Source: the human T2T-CHM13v2.0 reference genome, Homo sapiens
Assembly (NCBI RefSeq): GCF_009914755.1
Contig: NC_060926.1
Length of the DNA stretch: 64,000 nucleotides
Strand: one strand, 5' to 3'
In this document: piece after piece, positions 30,390 through 45,689 of the stretch
Layout of the letters: each line of letters begins with the position of its first letter
Position numbering within the stretch: the first letter of the stretch is position 1
Made by a program: the position numbers and the translations under genes
The notes under the pieces: model-generated
Database searches by the model: none
Seen by the model: only the letters and a program-made list of their open reading frames with translations
Told to the model about the DNA's origin: nothing

Positions 30390-32919
30390 CCTATGTTGTA
30401 TTTGAACATGCGAATACTAAGAAACTTTCAGAAGTATAGCAATTCCTAGTAAGTCTTCACTATCAACCCATTACTATCATTGGAATTGCTAGTAATTTGC
30501 AGAAAGGAACAAAGCACCACTAAGAGCCAAGAGCTGTCAAGATAGGCTGAGTCTAAGAAAGAAAATTGGTTTTGAGGTCTGTTATAATAGAGGCATAGCT
30601 TAGATACAGGAAAAAATTAAGATGAGATTTTATCTGGGATATATGTCTATGGGAAGTATAAGATGACTATATTATTCAGGAAAGGTATTTGTAGATGTTG
30701 GTATGGACAGATGACTTTGGAAATGAGTATTTCTTGAGGAGTTGCAATAGGAAACAATTTAACTAGCAGAATACCATTTGAATTTTGTATGTATAGAACA
30801 TCAAAGTCCTTACTGGCACTTACTTGGTTACCCAGTTATAAAATATTTGCTGCTTGTATGAATATAATCATTTTGCAACTTAGGGAAAAAGTTCAAACTG
30901 TACTTAGAAAGCTTGATATTGACCTGCGTAAATCAGGAAGGAAGACTAAAAAATAGTATGAATGTGGTACTTTTAGTAGGCTCTTTTTGTATGGGAATGA
31001 GGAGCTACTTGCAGTGAAGAAATTGTGATGGATGTGTGGAATAAATTTGGAGTAGCTGAAACATAATTTCACCCAACTGGGAATTGCCAAGCATCAGACT
31101 GGCTTATTCTCCTGGTTAGATTTTTGAAGGAGGGTATTACAACAGATAGCAAGTTTCCAGGTGTTCGTGGGAAATAGCAAGCCCACCTATGCCCACAGGT
31201 TTGTACATTCATTCATTCAACAGTGTTTAATGAAGACTATTAGGTACCTGCCAGCACGTGTTCTAGGTGCTGCTGGATACAAAGGCAATGCTCCAGGAGT
31301 CGACAGGCATGGTTGGGATCACATTTTCTGATCCCCTTCCCTTCTTAGTTAGCTTTAAAGTACAACTTTGGTCAGGTAATAGAACATTCTTGTCTGCTGG
31401 AATGAAACAGAGCCTTTCATACGCCTAGCATTTTCATCACTTCATTCCTTAGAGCTGTGAAACTCTTCTTCCATCTGCAAATTCAGATCTGCTTTGGATT
31501 TGGAATTCCTTATCTGAAGGGAATTTTGAAAAACCCCAGCCCGGTAGAAGGGAGAGTATACATGCATTGCCAGCTTTGTTGTTGATAGGCTCTGACCAGA
31601 TTCCTGCTTCGACTTCATTCTGACTATTTCTTCTAACACATCTTTTATTTTGTACTTCAATTTCTGAGAATGCATGCTATCTCCATTTTCTTGTACTCTC
31701 ATCTCTACTTTGATTTCTCATTCACAGTTCCTCTGAGACTAGGATCTTGCCTTAATCTTGCCAGTTTGTGGCCCTGGAATTTCACCTCAGAACCTCAGTG
31801 CACAAAAGTAACCCAAGCATCTGCTCTCAGACCTCCTTGATACTGACTTTTTCCCTCACTGCAGCCTCACAAATTACCTGCTTTTTGACTTCTTGGAACC
31901 TAACACTGGCTATTTACCACTAACCTTCTCTGAACCATGCTACCCTTGCATATCTGATTGTAACATATGCTCATCACCAAATCCTCTGACTAGAACTTCC
32001 CTGCTTGTCAGTGTATGTGGTTGTACCTCCTTCCCTGTTATAGCAGATGCATCTCTGGATTCAGAGCTTTTTTTTTTTATGGTGGCCTCTTTTTTTTTTT
32101 TTTTTTTTTAGTGTGAGCTCTGCTTTCATAAAGTGACATGAGTTGAAGCTGTAGGGAGACAGCATCTTCCTCCACTTAATAGGTAAGTTGTGATAGTGGA
32201 GATAGGGGTAGAGTACCGGTGGAAATACTGTACTGAATATGGTCACACTTTATGACAACAGAAGCTCCTCATATTCTGACTCATAAATATCAAATTCAGA
32301 GAGCCTTTGCTATCATCGCCAGCCTCTCTTTTAGTACCTACTCTTAGGGAAAACTGGATCTAAGGGAGAGCCATTCTAGCCCATATATTCTCCGCAAGCA
32401 AGTGAAATAGAGCCAGGCACAGGGTAAAGGCCCAGACAAAACCATGCCCCCGCTCATCCTGAGTGAGAGACTACAGTACATGCCACGCTTAGCAGACAAT
32501 TTAAAGAGCCTTGTGTCAAGGAGCCTGCCTCCTGGCAGCAAATGTCAGCCTACGAAGTTTTTGAAGACATTTTTCATGTCCAAATCCCATATATCACGAA
32601 AGTCTCTAATGTCAGTTTTTCTCATGAGCTGTTTCTTGATTCAACTATTCTTACACATGTAACTTTTTACTTTCAACATCACTTGTATTAATATTTGATA
32701 TCCTTTCACCAGTTGTTGGGAGCCAGAGGAAACCTAAAGGACTTTGGAGTTATTTTCTATGCATAGTTCTCTCCTGCCTTAGACTTAAACTTGGAGCAGT
32801 GGCATTTATGACATACGACTCTGATGCTCCACTCCTGCACCAATATCCAGGGTTTAGAAGATGAAGACTACCCAAAAAATGTTGACTGTGGGGGGTTTTC
32901 TATATGTTATACTTTAAAT

Positions 32920-34060
32920 TTTGGTTTTTAAAATTGGGGCTTATTAATTTCTTCCTAAAAATTATAAAATATTTTATGTGCAAAACATACATATGTAACA
33001 TATGTAGGTTATATAGTTATAATTACTATAGAAAATATAATTATTTCAATAATTTCATTATTTAAGTTATTTAATAAAATCACTGATCCGTTTAAAAACT
33101 TGAGCATTACTAATGCCTCCAAAACTTTGTTGAATGTCTTCCTAAAACATATTTCTTTGCCTTTCCCAGGAGCTAGACATTGCTCTAAAGTTTGTTATTC
33201 CCTTGTCTTTTAATGATATTTTTATCATCTACGTATGTTTCTTTAACTCTTTTTTTAGTTTTGCTTTTTTGAACATATATAAATGGTATTATATATTCTT
33301 CTGTGACTTACTTTTTTCTCTCAACATAATGCTTAAAATTCATTTACACAGATGAGTATAGTGGCAGTTTTTTCCATTTTCACTGCTACATAGTAGTCCA
33401 TTATTTAAATAGCAAAACATTGATCTATTCTGTTGACAGACACAGTTAGATTGTTCTTCTCTCCTCTCCTTTATCTTCCTTTCTTTTCATTTCCTTCTTC
33501 CTTTTTATATTTCTTTCTGTTTATCGAAAGTAAAACTCTTTGGATTATATGTAACATCTCTGGGTTATATTGATGGATATGTACCTGTTATTTAATAGCT
33601 GATGCTGTATTATTTTCTAGATTGGTTGTATAAAATCATAATTTAAACAGTGCTTTCCTTTAATGCTTACTAACTTCCATTATTCTATATATTCATTAAT
33701 TTTCAATATTATGAGAATTTCAAATCTTTGCTAATCTAGTGCTTTAAAAAGGTACCTTACTCTGATTTTCATTTGCATTTTTGCGATTACATAAGAGTTT
33801 GACTTTTTATAAGGAATGATCTTTCATATTTGCTCATCTACGATAGTCTCATTCAGAAATTTGCTTTTTTTTTCCTTAGGATTTTGTGATTTTTTTTCAG
33901 TATTTTGTTAGTTAAATTTAACATATAGATTCTTTGTATTTTTTGCAAAGATCTGTTCCCAGTGTTTGATTTGTTTTACCATGTTTATTATGAATATTTT
34001 AATAAGCAGAACTCTTAAATGGCATTTTGCTTATTAGTTTTAAATGCTTAATTATTCTGT
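32920..34060 (-). mobile_element. Old L1M (L1ME-like) 3' region
   Basis: T-rich antisense L1 phrases (ttctgtgacttacttttttctctcaacataat; catttgcattt). Boundaries approximate. Confidence 0.6.
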
Positions 34061-34074
34061 ATCATGACAATTGA

Positions 34075-34348
<274 letters not shown>

Positions 34349-34453
34349 ACAATTGAAATCTTAACCAGTACAACAAAATGAATAATTTTTGAGAAGTATT
34401 ACAAAGATAATATCATTGTGAATCTACTACAAACTTAAGAATATTAAACTGTT

Positions 34454-34765
<312 letters not shown>

Positions 34766-35529
34766 AAGAATATTAAACTGTTGCACTGGGAGGGGAAGCA
34801 AGAATTCATGGATAGGTATGTGTGTGTATATATATATTTGCCCATATACATACACATGTATGTACACACATGTGTGTTGCAATCTCCATCGTTTTCAGAA
34901 AAATTGTGATGTGACTATTAGTATCAGAATGAAGTGCTGATATGTCTGCATTCTGATACGTGAAACACTCTTCCTGGAAAAAATTGCAATATCCAGGTTG
35001 GTTTGTCCATTTATTACATGAAGCAATAAAATTATTTAGCTGCAAGCATATCTAACATGGCCTCACTGTTTTGGTAATTAGAAGCCTTCTGATTTTATTT
35101 CTCATAAAATTTTCTTTAAAATTACTCATTTTTAGATGATACTCAATTGAGCTTCCCCAGGCCAAACCTGAAGGGTTTCTGAGAAGAAATATTGATTTTC
35201 TTCTACTTACTTCTTTACTTACAATTTTTCTGAGACACCAAACTTCTCAAATCACATTTCTATTCAGTGGATCATTTAAATACAACCCAAAACAACAAAA
35301 AAATCCTTCATTCTATTTCCAGAAGCACATGAGGGTTGTGAAATCTAATTTTTATTTTAAATGCTTTCATCTGTTTGTTAGACCTGAATTGGATTCCTCT
35401 CATATGGAAAATACTCTGCTAGAGATCCCTTTCTGTGTGAGGGAGACACCTGTGAGTTAGGGGAGAATCTTAACTGAAAGCCCCTAAGAATGAACATATT
35501 GCTTGCCGCTTTGCTTGGCACTAACAGTC

Positions 35530-36697
35530 CCAAACCCTATCACACTCAACTTTTTATAGCAAATATTTTTATAAAACCCCTTTATTTTCTTGATATAAGA
35601 GTCATAGATGATGTTAACCCTCTATTTACCTAATTCCTAAAAACTAAATGTTATCTTTAGTTCAATATAAAAGAGAATTAAAAGACGTAATTTAAAATAA
35701 ACTATTAATATATTAAGACTTAACATTTGTAATGAAGGAAATGATGCAGACCTAACTAAGGGGATACAGCACAGACAACCTGTCATGTATGCTCACTTCA
35801 AAAACCCTCAAGGCTTCCTAGAGAATCCATAAATAACTGAAATTGTTTTATTTTGTAACCTAACTATCCTACTCGAAGTCAAAATGCATAACTTGACTTC
35901 CATGTTTGTTGCCAGCCAATATCCTTACCTAAAGTTTTGTATGAACAAAATTCACTGTCTCCAGACTGCAGCCTAACCCTCTTTCTCATATTCTGCCTTG
36001 CCATTATTACTTGTTTCAACTTATCAGCTCACTCCTCCATATATAAGATACCAATTTTCTGTGGAAAAATAACTAAATAAACGTCTTTGAATTATTCTTT
36101 GGTGATATGAATGTTTTCAGGTACCACTACAATAGAATAAATAATGAAATACACGCTTGCACATGCTTATAGTGGATAGGTTATAAGACTTTAAAATACT
36201 GTTGACAATTTGAAGTTGATTTGTAAATATATTTCTGTGTATACATACAGTTCCTACAAATGCAACACTGCACATAGATAATAATTTGGGTACAGTATAT
36301 TAGTAATGAAATGACACACTCTACTTTGCCAAAAAAAGTCATCATAACTTGAAGAGATGAACAAGCCTGGAGAAGTTATACACAAATTCCTATCATTTAC
36401 ATGGCATAAAATTCAGTGTATATTAAAACCGTATAAAGGTACTTTGTGTTTATATAAAAAGACTCAAGTAACACTAAATGGGGTCATCACCCATTCAATG
36501 CTAATATCCAGCAGAAGACTATAAACTAGTGCAGAGCATGGATTTACTGGTTTTTACCATTCTGCACATTGAAGACCATCCAGAATCCCTGCTCCCTAAA
36601 GCCAGCAGCATTTCATTATCATTTCAATAGCAAAATGTATCTCTACGTATTTCCAAACATCCCCTAGGAGTGATATGGCTCCCACTGAGCATTGCTG
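35530..36697. mobile_element. Probable hAT-Charlie DNA transposon relic, possibly interrupted
   Basis: Terminal-like aaaatgtatctctacgtatttccaaacatcccctaggag...cccactgagcattgctg. Weak and diverged. Confidence 0.35.
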
Positions 36698-38240
36698 CTC
36701 GCTGCATTCACCCATTCTGCTTTTAACATCCTATGGATCAGTAGCTCCAATAGAAAGCTTCTTGACCCTTTGTCACCACTGACTAGCCATTGAGGGTTTC
36801 AGATGTCTTGTTTCCAGAAGTCCTTTATAGTAACTCCTAGAGGCTCTCCCCTAGGCGTTTCCCCCAATGTCCCTAGAGGACAGGCAAAATCGTCTTCCTA
36901 CTCAGCTGTCCAGCATCAACACCACTCACATGCAGGTCTGCTGAGAACAACTTTCCTAAGAATTCTCCCTGTATTTTTTGTAAGTGCCTAAGGAAACAAA
37001 TCTATGGAACATAAGCGAATGTTGCAATCCTGACTCCCCAGGGCTTCCTTTGCTGAGTCCTGAAGCAGGGCAGGAGTTCTTGAGTTCTTCAGCTCCTGGT
37101 GAGTTTCATCTTCTCTATATTGCCAGGGAGGCCCCTTGTGCTGTCCTGAGAGCATCTAAACTCAGGTCTGTAGGACACATCCTTAATCTGTATTATCTAT
37201 AAAATCCACCAATAAAGCCAAACTTAAGTTTCACAGAGCCAAGAGCTTATAAAATTTGATGGTCTTCTTTATGGAAAATAGTGTAAAATTATCAAAACAA
37301 AATAAATGTGTAGGATGAAAAAATCATATCAAAGTACAAATTTTAAAAAGGTAAAATATACTATAGAAATAACAAAATCTAAAAAAACACACCTTTTTAT
37401 TTTTAACTGAATGTCTGACACACCTCTGTAATAACTTTTTACCTACATTCTTACCACATAATCTTTGACAACAGTTTTGTAATAATCACTTTCTACAGAG
37501 AAAAGACAAACATAATTAAGTTTTTTTTGACCAGGCATGATTTTAAAAAATTACATTGGATAATATAGACAACTTAGAAAAGTTATTTTCATCTTCAAAA
37601 CTCATTTTTGGTGTTGTCATGAGATTTTGGAATTGTCAAATTTAGAAAAAAAGTTTCTTATGTAACTGTAAGATTTTGGGTCATTACCAGTTTCCATGTA
37701 CCATAAGAATTTTAAAATACTGTTTGACAACATTCATTAAACAATTATCATTAGTGTCTTCATAATATTGTTATATTATGACTTTTTTATTCATCAATTT
37801 CAGTACCTCATGTTAAACCAACCAGAATTTACTTAGAACCTGTAGAAATGTTATTGGTTCAGGCCATTTCAGGCCAAGGAAAGAGCGTGTGCAAGAATAT
37901 ATAGATAAGGATATAGGGAAATGTAGCATATTTTTGGTGTGTACAAGAAGGCAACAATTAGCAGTAAGCCTAGACAAGTGTATTGGGGCCAGGTAAAAAA
38001 AAATGGCATCTAGTGTCAGACGTCAAATGGCTAAGACTCTTTTCTCTTGCCTTTAACTTAAGGAATTGAATACCTATTGACAGATCATCAAGAATTTGAA
38101 GGGCGATGTACTGTAGTGCTAAATTTATTAGGGTTAGAACCAGACAAAGCTCAGTTTGTGTGCCATCTCTTATACTTACCAGCTGGACAATCTTGATATC
38201 AACAGTTGAACTATTCATGGAAGTGACTGTAAATAACATA

Positions 38241-38354
38241 TATATGTAATATATGTTATATATTATATATGTAATATATGTTATATATTATATATGTAAT
38301 ATATGTTATATATTATATATGTAATATATGTTATATATTATATATGTAATATAT
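38241..38354. repeat. AT-rich minisatellite, 25-bp unit tatatgtaatatatgttatatatta x4 perfect plus a partial copy
   Basis: Units start at 38241, 38266, 38291, 38316 and 38341. Confidence 0.95.
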
Positions 38355-38452
38355 AAGTTATAATATATTTTATATATAATATATCACACTATATATACAC
38401 ACATATATATAAATAACATATATGTAATATATCCCACTACATATTCCATAGT

Positions 38453-38458
<6 letters not shown>

Positions 38459-38484
<26 letters not shown>
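38459..38484. repeat. (CA)13 microsatellite
   Basis: Visible directly. Confidence 0.95.
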
Positions 38485-41400
38485 ATGTATCTCCAATATA
38501 AACCACCTTTGGCTCTCTCTAATAAGTGCCAACAGCTACTCCAATGCCACCAGACACAAGGAAAATGTAACGGAAGAGTAGATAGAATAGGTAAACACAG
38601 CAGTTTTTATTAATTTAACAAAATACTTGGCTATGTACAGATATTACTTTGACTCTTTTTAGGGCCTTGGAACAGGCCCATGAAAGTGAGGGGCCTTAAA
38701 GCTTAGAATTCTTTAACTTCAGATTGAATCTTCCTCCCTCGAAGGACACAGAAACGTATCTGCAAATTGAATCCCCAGGGACAGCACAGGTATCACAGAG
38801 CTCCTCAAACTATGCAGAGTGACTCTAATCACAATCCTAGGCTACTTATAAATACTGACACTCTCCTTGCACAGTGCCAGGCTGACCTAGTAAGCTGCAA
38901 ATAGACTATTTCTGATGCGTGTGCCAACTGGATGTCAAGGATGATTAGTGAGAAAGGAAAGAAGCCCGCCTTCCCCCACTGACTTCAGGGACATGCAGAG
39001 CAGAGTGTGGCAGAGGTCTCAAAAGCAGCTGCCACATGGTCTGGAGGGTGTGCATCCCTGCAGAATTACAATTATCTCTTTCACTTTGAAAGATTGTCCA
39101 CCTGTGCCATTACATACTTCTCTACCTTCTACACAGTTTTCCAATTTTTACTGCACATAGATTTATTCCACTGGAGGGCTTGTTTTTAAGAGATTAAGGC
39201 TTGTCTTCAGTCTTTCATTTTACTCACATAGTTTGTGATTACAGCCATCACTCAGCAATCTAGAGTAGCAAACATAAGATGTATCTTTGTCTCTCATTCG
39301 TTTGTTTGTTTTTAACTTTCTATGTATATACCTCTAGAATGCATTTGGACCTAAAGTGCTAGATGAAAAGCAAATGTGTAAGGGGAAGGGGTACAAAAAT
39401 GCTCAAACTTTTATTAGTTGTGTGTACTTTAGGCCAGGCATCTTCTCTGAACCTCAGTGTCTCTTTCTGAATACTGAGAAAATAAGACCTTCCTTTCTCT
39501 ACTGTACAGTTATGAAGATTAAATAAGGTGGCATATACAGAAGTGCTTTACAAATTGTAACAGTTGATGTGTGTAATAATGATTATTTCACCCTCTTCAT
39601 CTGACACCTTCCTGTTCTGTCACTTAGTAGTAGCGTCTTATAGTGTGGAACCAGCGAACAGCCCCAAAAAACAATATCTAAGTAGAAGTCTAGTAAATAA
39701 CGAAATGTCTCCACTGTATCCATTATAGTGCTTTTTCTCTTAATTGGCTTTTGAGTAAAGGAAGCAGAATTTGGAAAACAAAGTATGAAGGCAGATAACA
39801 AGAAAGAAATTTAGGCAGAGGATTTTACAGTGGCATAAAGCATCGAAGGCTGTTGTGTGTTTAAGTGTGATAGATGGAACATTAACAAATACAACAAATA
39901 TTTAGTTTTATTGTATGTCACTGTTCTGAGTGCTTAGAATGACTTATTAAACAAAATGACTAAAGATCTCTGTCCTTGTGGAGCGTATATTCAAATGATT
40001 CAGAATAATCAAGAAAGGTAATGCCATGGCTGGCTTGTACAGAATTTTGGAAATTTCAACAAAAATATTTGGCAGGAAAATGAAATGAGGAAAAAGCACG
40101 CATTTGGCTTAGCTGATGATTCAATTGCAATTCTAGAATGACATTATAAGATAAGCTTGGGGTTGGGATGTAGTCTTGTTGGAAGGATATGCCAAGGGAG
40201 CCACCTTGAAGAAAGATTTGCCTAGAAAGATAACAGACTGTTTTCACTTAGATTGCATATTTGTTTAAAATGACTTTGAGGAAGAGTTAGTGGAGGTATG
40301 GATTCTAAAACCCCGCTCAACTACTCTAATCTACATCTTGTTTTTACTACCGAGTTAATTGTTTCAGGCCAAAGTAAGTTTGTTGAGTTACTAATTTGCT
40401 GATATAATTCACTCATTTATTCATTCAAAAGCTAATAACCATCTACGATATAACAATTATTAAGCTAGGAGGTAATGGTATAATATAAAATGAAAAAGAA
40501 CTAAATTTCTGCTCATGGAGAACTTACAGTTAACAATTACACTTTTGGCTTCTGTATGATCCCTGTCATAATATGAAGGTCATTAGTAGAGGAAAGCATT
40601 CATCTCACTGAGAAGTGAGTAAAGTAGAAATCATTGTAGATGCTATTAGCAAGAACTATTTCTTGATGTAAATGATTCACTTCTACCTGAAGTGTTTAGA
40701 TGGCACCTTCTATACTGCTTGGGGAATTGAGTCAGACTTGGAGCATATATTCAGATATTAAAACATATAGACCATTTCACCTATCACAAGATAAATGTTT
40801 TTTAAAATCTCAATATGTCAGCATAAGCCACTCGTCTATGACTAAGATCTCTACAGATAGAAGGTGATAGAGGAAATGAAAAGAATGAATAATCAAGAAT
40901 AATGGCTTACTGAAAGTCTCATAAAACTTATGCTGTGATAGTAGACTGGCAAATTTACTGTTTAGATTTAGCTATTATATAAAGGGAGAAGAAGGAGAAA
41001 ATATCACAGTGCTAATTAGAGAGCCACATTAATGTGTATCTTACAGCAGAATGGTGATACCGTATGAAGGTAGATAGGTTTTAGTTCACCTAAAATAAGC
41101 TTCAGTAACTCCAGATCTCTTCTTTGGGCTGAAGATTTGATAGCTGAGACACTTTTCCTTTTTCTTGCCCATTTTGATGCCTATCAAGTTTACCATTTGT
41201 TCTTTGGGATTACATCTAATCTCTTTGAATGAGAGGACCTCATTTGAATATCAACATTTTTTTGCAGTCATTTTCCATCTTCAACTTTTAGAATTAGTTA
41301 ATGGTAAAAATATGTAACAATGAGTAGATATTATGCTTTTAGGAAATATTTTATTGACTTGATGTATTTATTATTTTCAGTATACATTTGGAAAGTACAT

Positions 41401-43069
41401 TTATGTACAAGAGATGGTTATTCGTTCTTCTAACAATGCTTCCTTTACATTTGGATTTGAAGAACATTGATTACTCCAGAGAGGCTCCAAGGGATTTATA
41501 GCTCCCAAAGTAGGTTACAACTCTGTGGTTTCCAATAGAAGATTCTAGAACAACAGTTATATAGTCCACAAATGACTGTAAGAATAGGATCATTGATATT
41601 TTGTGTTGCTATTTGTACAATGATATTCCTTTCATTCATTCAGTGGTCCATGAAGATCTGTTGGTCAGGTATCATCATTCACTTCCTGCCATGGCCCCTG
41701 GAGCATCTTAGACCTCAGAGCTCCAGAAGGTTCTGTGATTTCAGAACTGGAACTAAAAGGATAGCTACAGATCGACTCTATTATGATTTGCACAGGTCAT
41801 GATTTGACAAAGAAAATCTTGAGATTTTCTTGAACACAGTGTACAAACCAGCTCTCTGACTTCTGCTAATTTGGCTGAATATGTAAATGTGAGAATCTTA
41901 AGTGATATCAGGCATGCAAGTAGATAAGGTTGTATACGCTTAAAACAGCAGGCAGAAAAATAGACCAAGAAACTGCTATTGTGCATGACTTATAAAAGGC
42001 AATGGTCATACCGAAGACCTCGATTTTATGATATATCATAAAAATCAATAAATCAGCAAGCCCCTGAGAAAATTCATGGGTAGCTAAGGACTAAACGTGT
42101 CCCAGAGAGAGGCAGTGGAGTAGTCTGCAAATGTAAAAGTGTTTTCTAACCCCCAAATTCTAACCTACTGACTCCATGTAGAGACAACTTCCTCCAAACT
42201 AGACTGTAGGTGTCCTCTGCCCTTAGCCAACTGGCATTTAATTAGAGGGATTTTGTTTAGTTACTCTTATGTTCAGAATCCTTTCTGTGTAACTGGTCCT
42301 GAAACTGCTCAGTTGAGCTAAAAGGCAAAGTGACAATAATTGGAAACAAAATGTCTTTGTTCCCTTTCCCTCTGAGCAACAGACTGCTCTTTGCAAGCAC
42401 CATATTGGTGAAGGCAGCCTCTGTATTGAGCCTGCTGACAGAGACATTCCGGCGTATTTACAACAGCTGAGGATAGCGTGCCCTGAAGAGTGAACTTAAT
42501 TCTTAGTCTGCCAGGTAGTCTTCTGTGAATGACAGTGATTTGTCCCTTGCGATTATTTCCTTTCCTTACTGACTATTCATAAAGCAGTATTTGACAGCCT
42601 AATTTTATATAGCTAATAACACTAAGAAGCAATGTGATTTTAGAATGTCCATTAAACTTTTCTGTGTTCAAATATTTTTAATAAGCAGTTCTTTACTGCC
42701 CCTCATTTTTGTGGCTTACCAAGATTTAATTACAATCTTTATACTTTTCATTAAATAATCTTTCAGATTATATAAACTATCCATTCAAGATCATGTAAAG
42801 TACCCTTGATTCTGTTTGGCACTAAGCAACACAAAAATTTGAATGTATCATAGGAAAACTCATAGGTAATCCAATGATTACATTAAAGAGATAATTCGTT
42901 CCATATTTATTCAACAAGTGTGTCAGTGCCTACTATGTGCCAGATACTCTTTCAGGAATTTGGGATATAAATATGAATACAGGAAATAAACCCTGAGACC
43001 TAAACAAACTCTTACATAGTTAAATAAGGTGAGAAACATTTTTTACCTGGCCCCCAGGACATAGGTACC

Positions 43070-43530
<461 letters not shown>

Positions 43531-44719
43531 AATATATTTCCTCTCACAGTATTGTGTAGGGACGTCTTGCATTTATATTATTATGTTTTTATTATATTTT
43601 TGCACATAATTCAATCATATTCTTCCAATCCATTGTGCCCTTCTGTAGTATTTATCTTCACTGTCCATAGATGATATTTATATTCAAAGATAGCAAGAAC
43701 ATAAATGAGGGAGATCATTTGCTGATCTTTTTATCCCAAGCTAACAAAATGTTTCCTCAGACTGAAGCTAGGCCCAAGGGCCACAGGTCATCTTTTCATC
43801 ATTTTGAGCTCTCAGCTATATTTTACCTTTATGTGCTGTTTGACTCCCATAGGCACCCTTTAAGAAATTTGTTTCCATTACAGAACATGGTCCCTGCAAA
43901 CTTTGGCACTCAAAGGCCAAGCTTGATAAATAACTTTACTTTGTCATCCTGATTTGCTCCAGAATGTCACTTTGTTTTTGTACGTTTGTTTCTAGAATCA
44001 AAACCTCCTTTCAATCAATTTAATCAGTGTCATGAATATTATGAGGCGGAAGTCTTCAACACCGAACCCCCTTTCCAGGACTGGATTTATCTAGAGTTGG
44101 GTAGCTTCATTACAGGGAGGCTAGGCAACAGGGTGATGACGAAGATATTCAGTGGTTAACTTCAGGGTGATGGAGCACTAATGCAGTTTTTCAAGGACAG
44201 TTATTTACGAGAACATCCAGAGAAACAGAATCGCCTTATCTTCCTTAGGGTTCTCACCTCAGAAAAAAAAAAAATTCTACTCCCAGAGGGCTGGTTTATT
44301 CCATAGCAGGGTATACCTTTTAGAAGCAGCATCCCCATGTTGGCGTGGCTGCCTGTCATATATTATGAATATCCACTGTGCCAAATCAAGTCACCTTATC
44401 AGTCAGCTACAGAGCTAAAGGGTGTTTTCATTCCATGATCTATACAGCACAAATCAGGAAACTATTTTTGTTCTTTCATGGGTTTCAGTTATAGATCTTA
44501 GACAAATCTGGCCTGACTCTCATCCTCTTGGGCAGCAAACCTACATCTCTCACCTGTGAGATGCTGCTGGAGTTGTTCTGGTTAGAGCATACTCTGATAC
44601 CAGGTTTCGTTAGCATCCCCTTTTGTGCTTTGTATCACAGGATCTCCACACATTTTTTTAAAAAAGAATGTCACAGTTACAATTTTCCTCTATGTCACTC
44701 TAGTACCAGATAAGAAAGT

Positions 44720-44930
44720 AATAATAATAATGCTACCAATGATAAAAGTATCAAAATTTACTATGTGGCAGACAATGTGTTAAGTATTTTGCATATATTA
44801 TATCATGCATTAGGGAGAGAGAATTCTAATGCCCATTTGTCAGATGAAGCCATTGGGGCATTAAGAGAATTAATAACTTGCCCAAGGTCATAGAACACAG
44901 GCAATCCGATTCCAAAACCTACTCTCACTC
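44720..44930. mobile_element. MIR SINE
   Basis: cccatttgtcagatgaag...aataacttgcccaaggtcatag core. Confidence 0.65.
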
Positions 44931-45129
44931 TCTCATCCTCTATATACTGCAGTGTTTGAAGAATTTCCTGACTTCCATTCGATTTTTCTAAACATATTCT
45001 GTTGCCACTCAATTTCTCCAGTCAGAATGGTTTTTAAATTACACTCACAGACCTATTTTCTTCTTTTATACAGTATTTATAGCTGCTGATTTTGATAGCT
45101 GAGAATAGTACCATACAAATAATGATGTA

Positions 45130-45260
45130 AGACCTGAGGCAAATCACTTAACCCCTCTGAACTTCAGTTTCCTCATTTGTAGGATGATGAAATGATAATA
45201 CTTGCCTCACAGGGTTGTTTGAAGATCAAATGCTATAATGCAAGCAAAGTGCTCTCAATG
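45130..45260. mobile_element. MIR SINE, opposite orientation to the 44720 copy
   Basis: ggcaaatcacttaacccctctgaacttcagtttcctcatttgta core. Confidence 0.7.
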
Positions 45261-45689
45261 AATAAATGTTAGCTCAGTTCCTTTCCTTACAAGTGCCAGG
45301 ATTATAAAATGTGGCCAGACTTGTAGCAAATTTGAATACTATAAGGATTCCTTATTGATTAAATAATTAATTTCTCATCCACTTCCCAAAAGGATTTGAA
45401 GGAGCTTGATGAACATAAATTAATATAATCCCTATAAGCATACATTATGTTTCTCCAATTTCATGCTACCTGTTACGCTATTCTGCCCACTTACTTAATT
45501 AATTCTTTTGGTAGTCACTCATTCATTTATTCCTTCAAGGAATATTGATTGTATATGTACTATTTGCCATTGTTTTGTGTGCTAGACCACTTGGCTTAGA
45601 AATCCTCTTCTATTGTCCAGTTCTTTTTTCCTCCTGCTCTTCTGGTAGTCGTCACCTGTTCCTTTTAGACTTTTATTCATTTGTCAACC

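Larger units (their letters stand above)
37220..38737 (-). mobile_element. Zaphod/MER115-like hAT-Tip100 relic interrupted by other repeats
   Basis: End motif agggccttggaacaggcccatgaaagtgaggggccttaaagctta and start motif agcttataaaatttg resemble remembered Zaphod ends. Confidence 0.5.

Noticed and set aside
34816-34877. Alternating purine-pyrimidine tract with short palindromes (Z-DNA candidate)
   Set aside because: Common low-complexity TG/TA/CA sequence, interrupted and TA-rich.
42024-42043. Perfect 20-bp palindrome ttttatgatatatcataaaa
   Set aside because: It is real, but nearly all A/T; one such palindrome in 64 kb of AT-rich DNA is not surprising.
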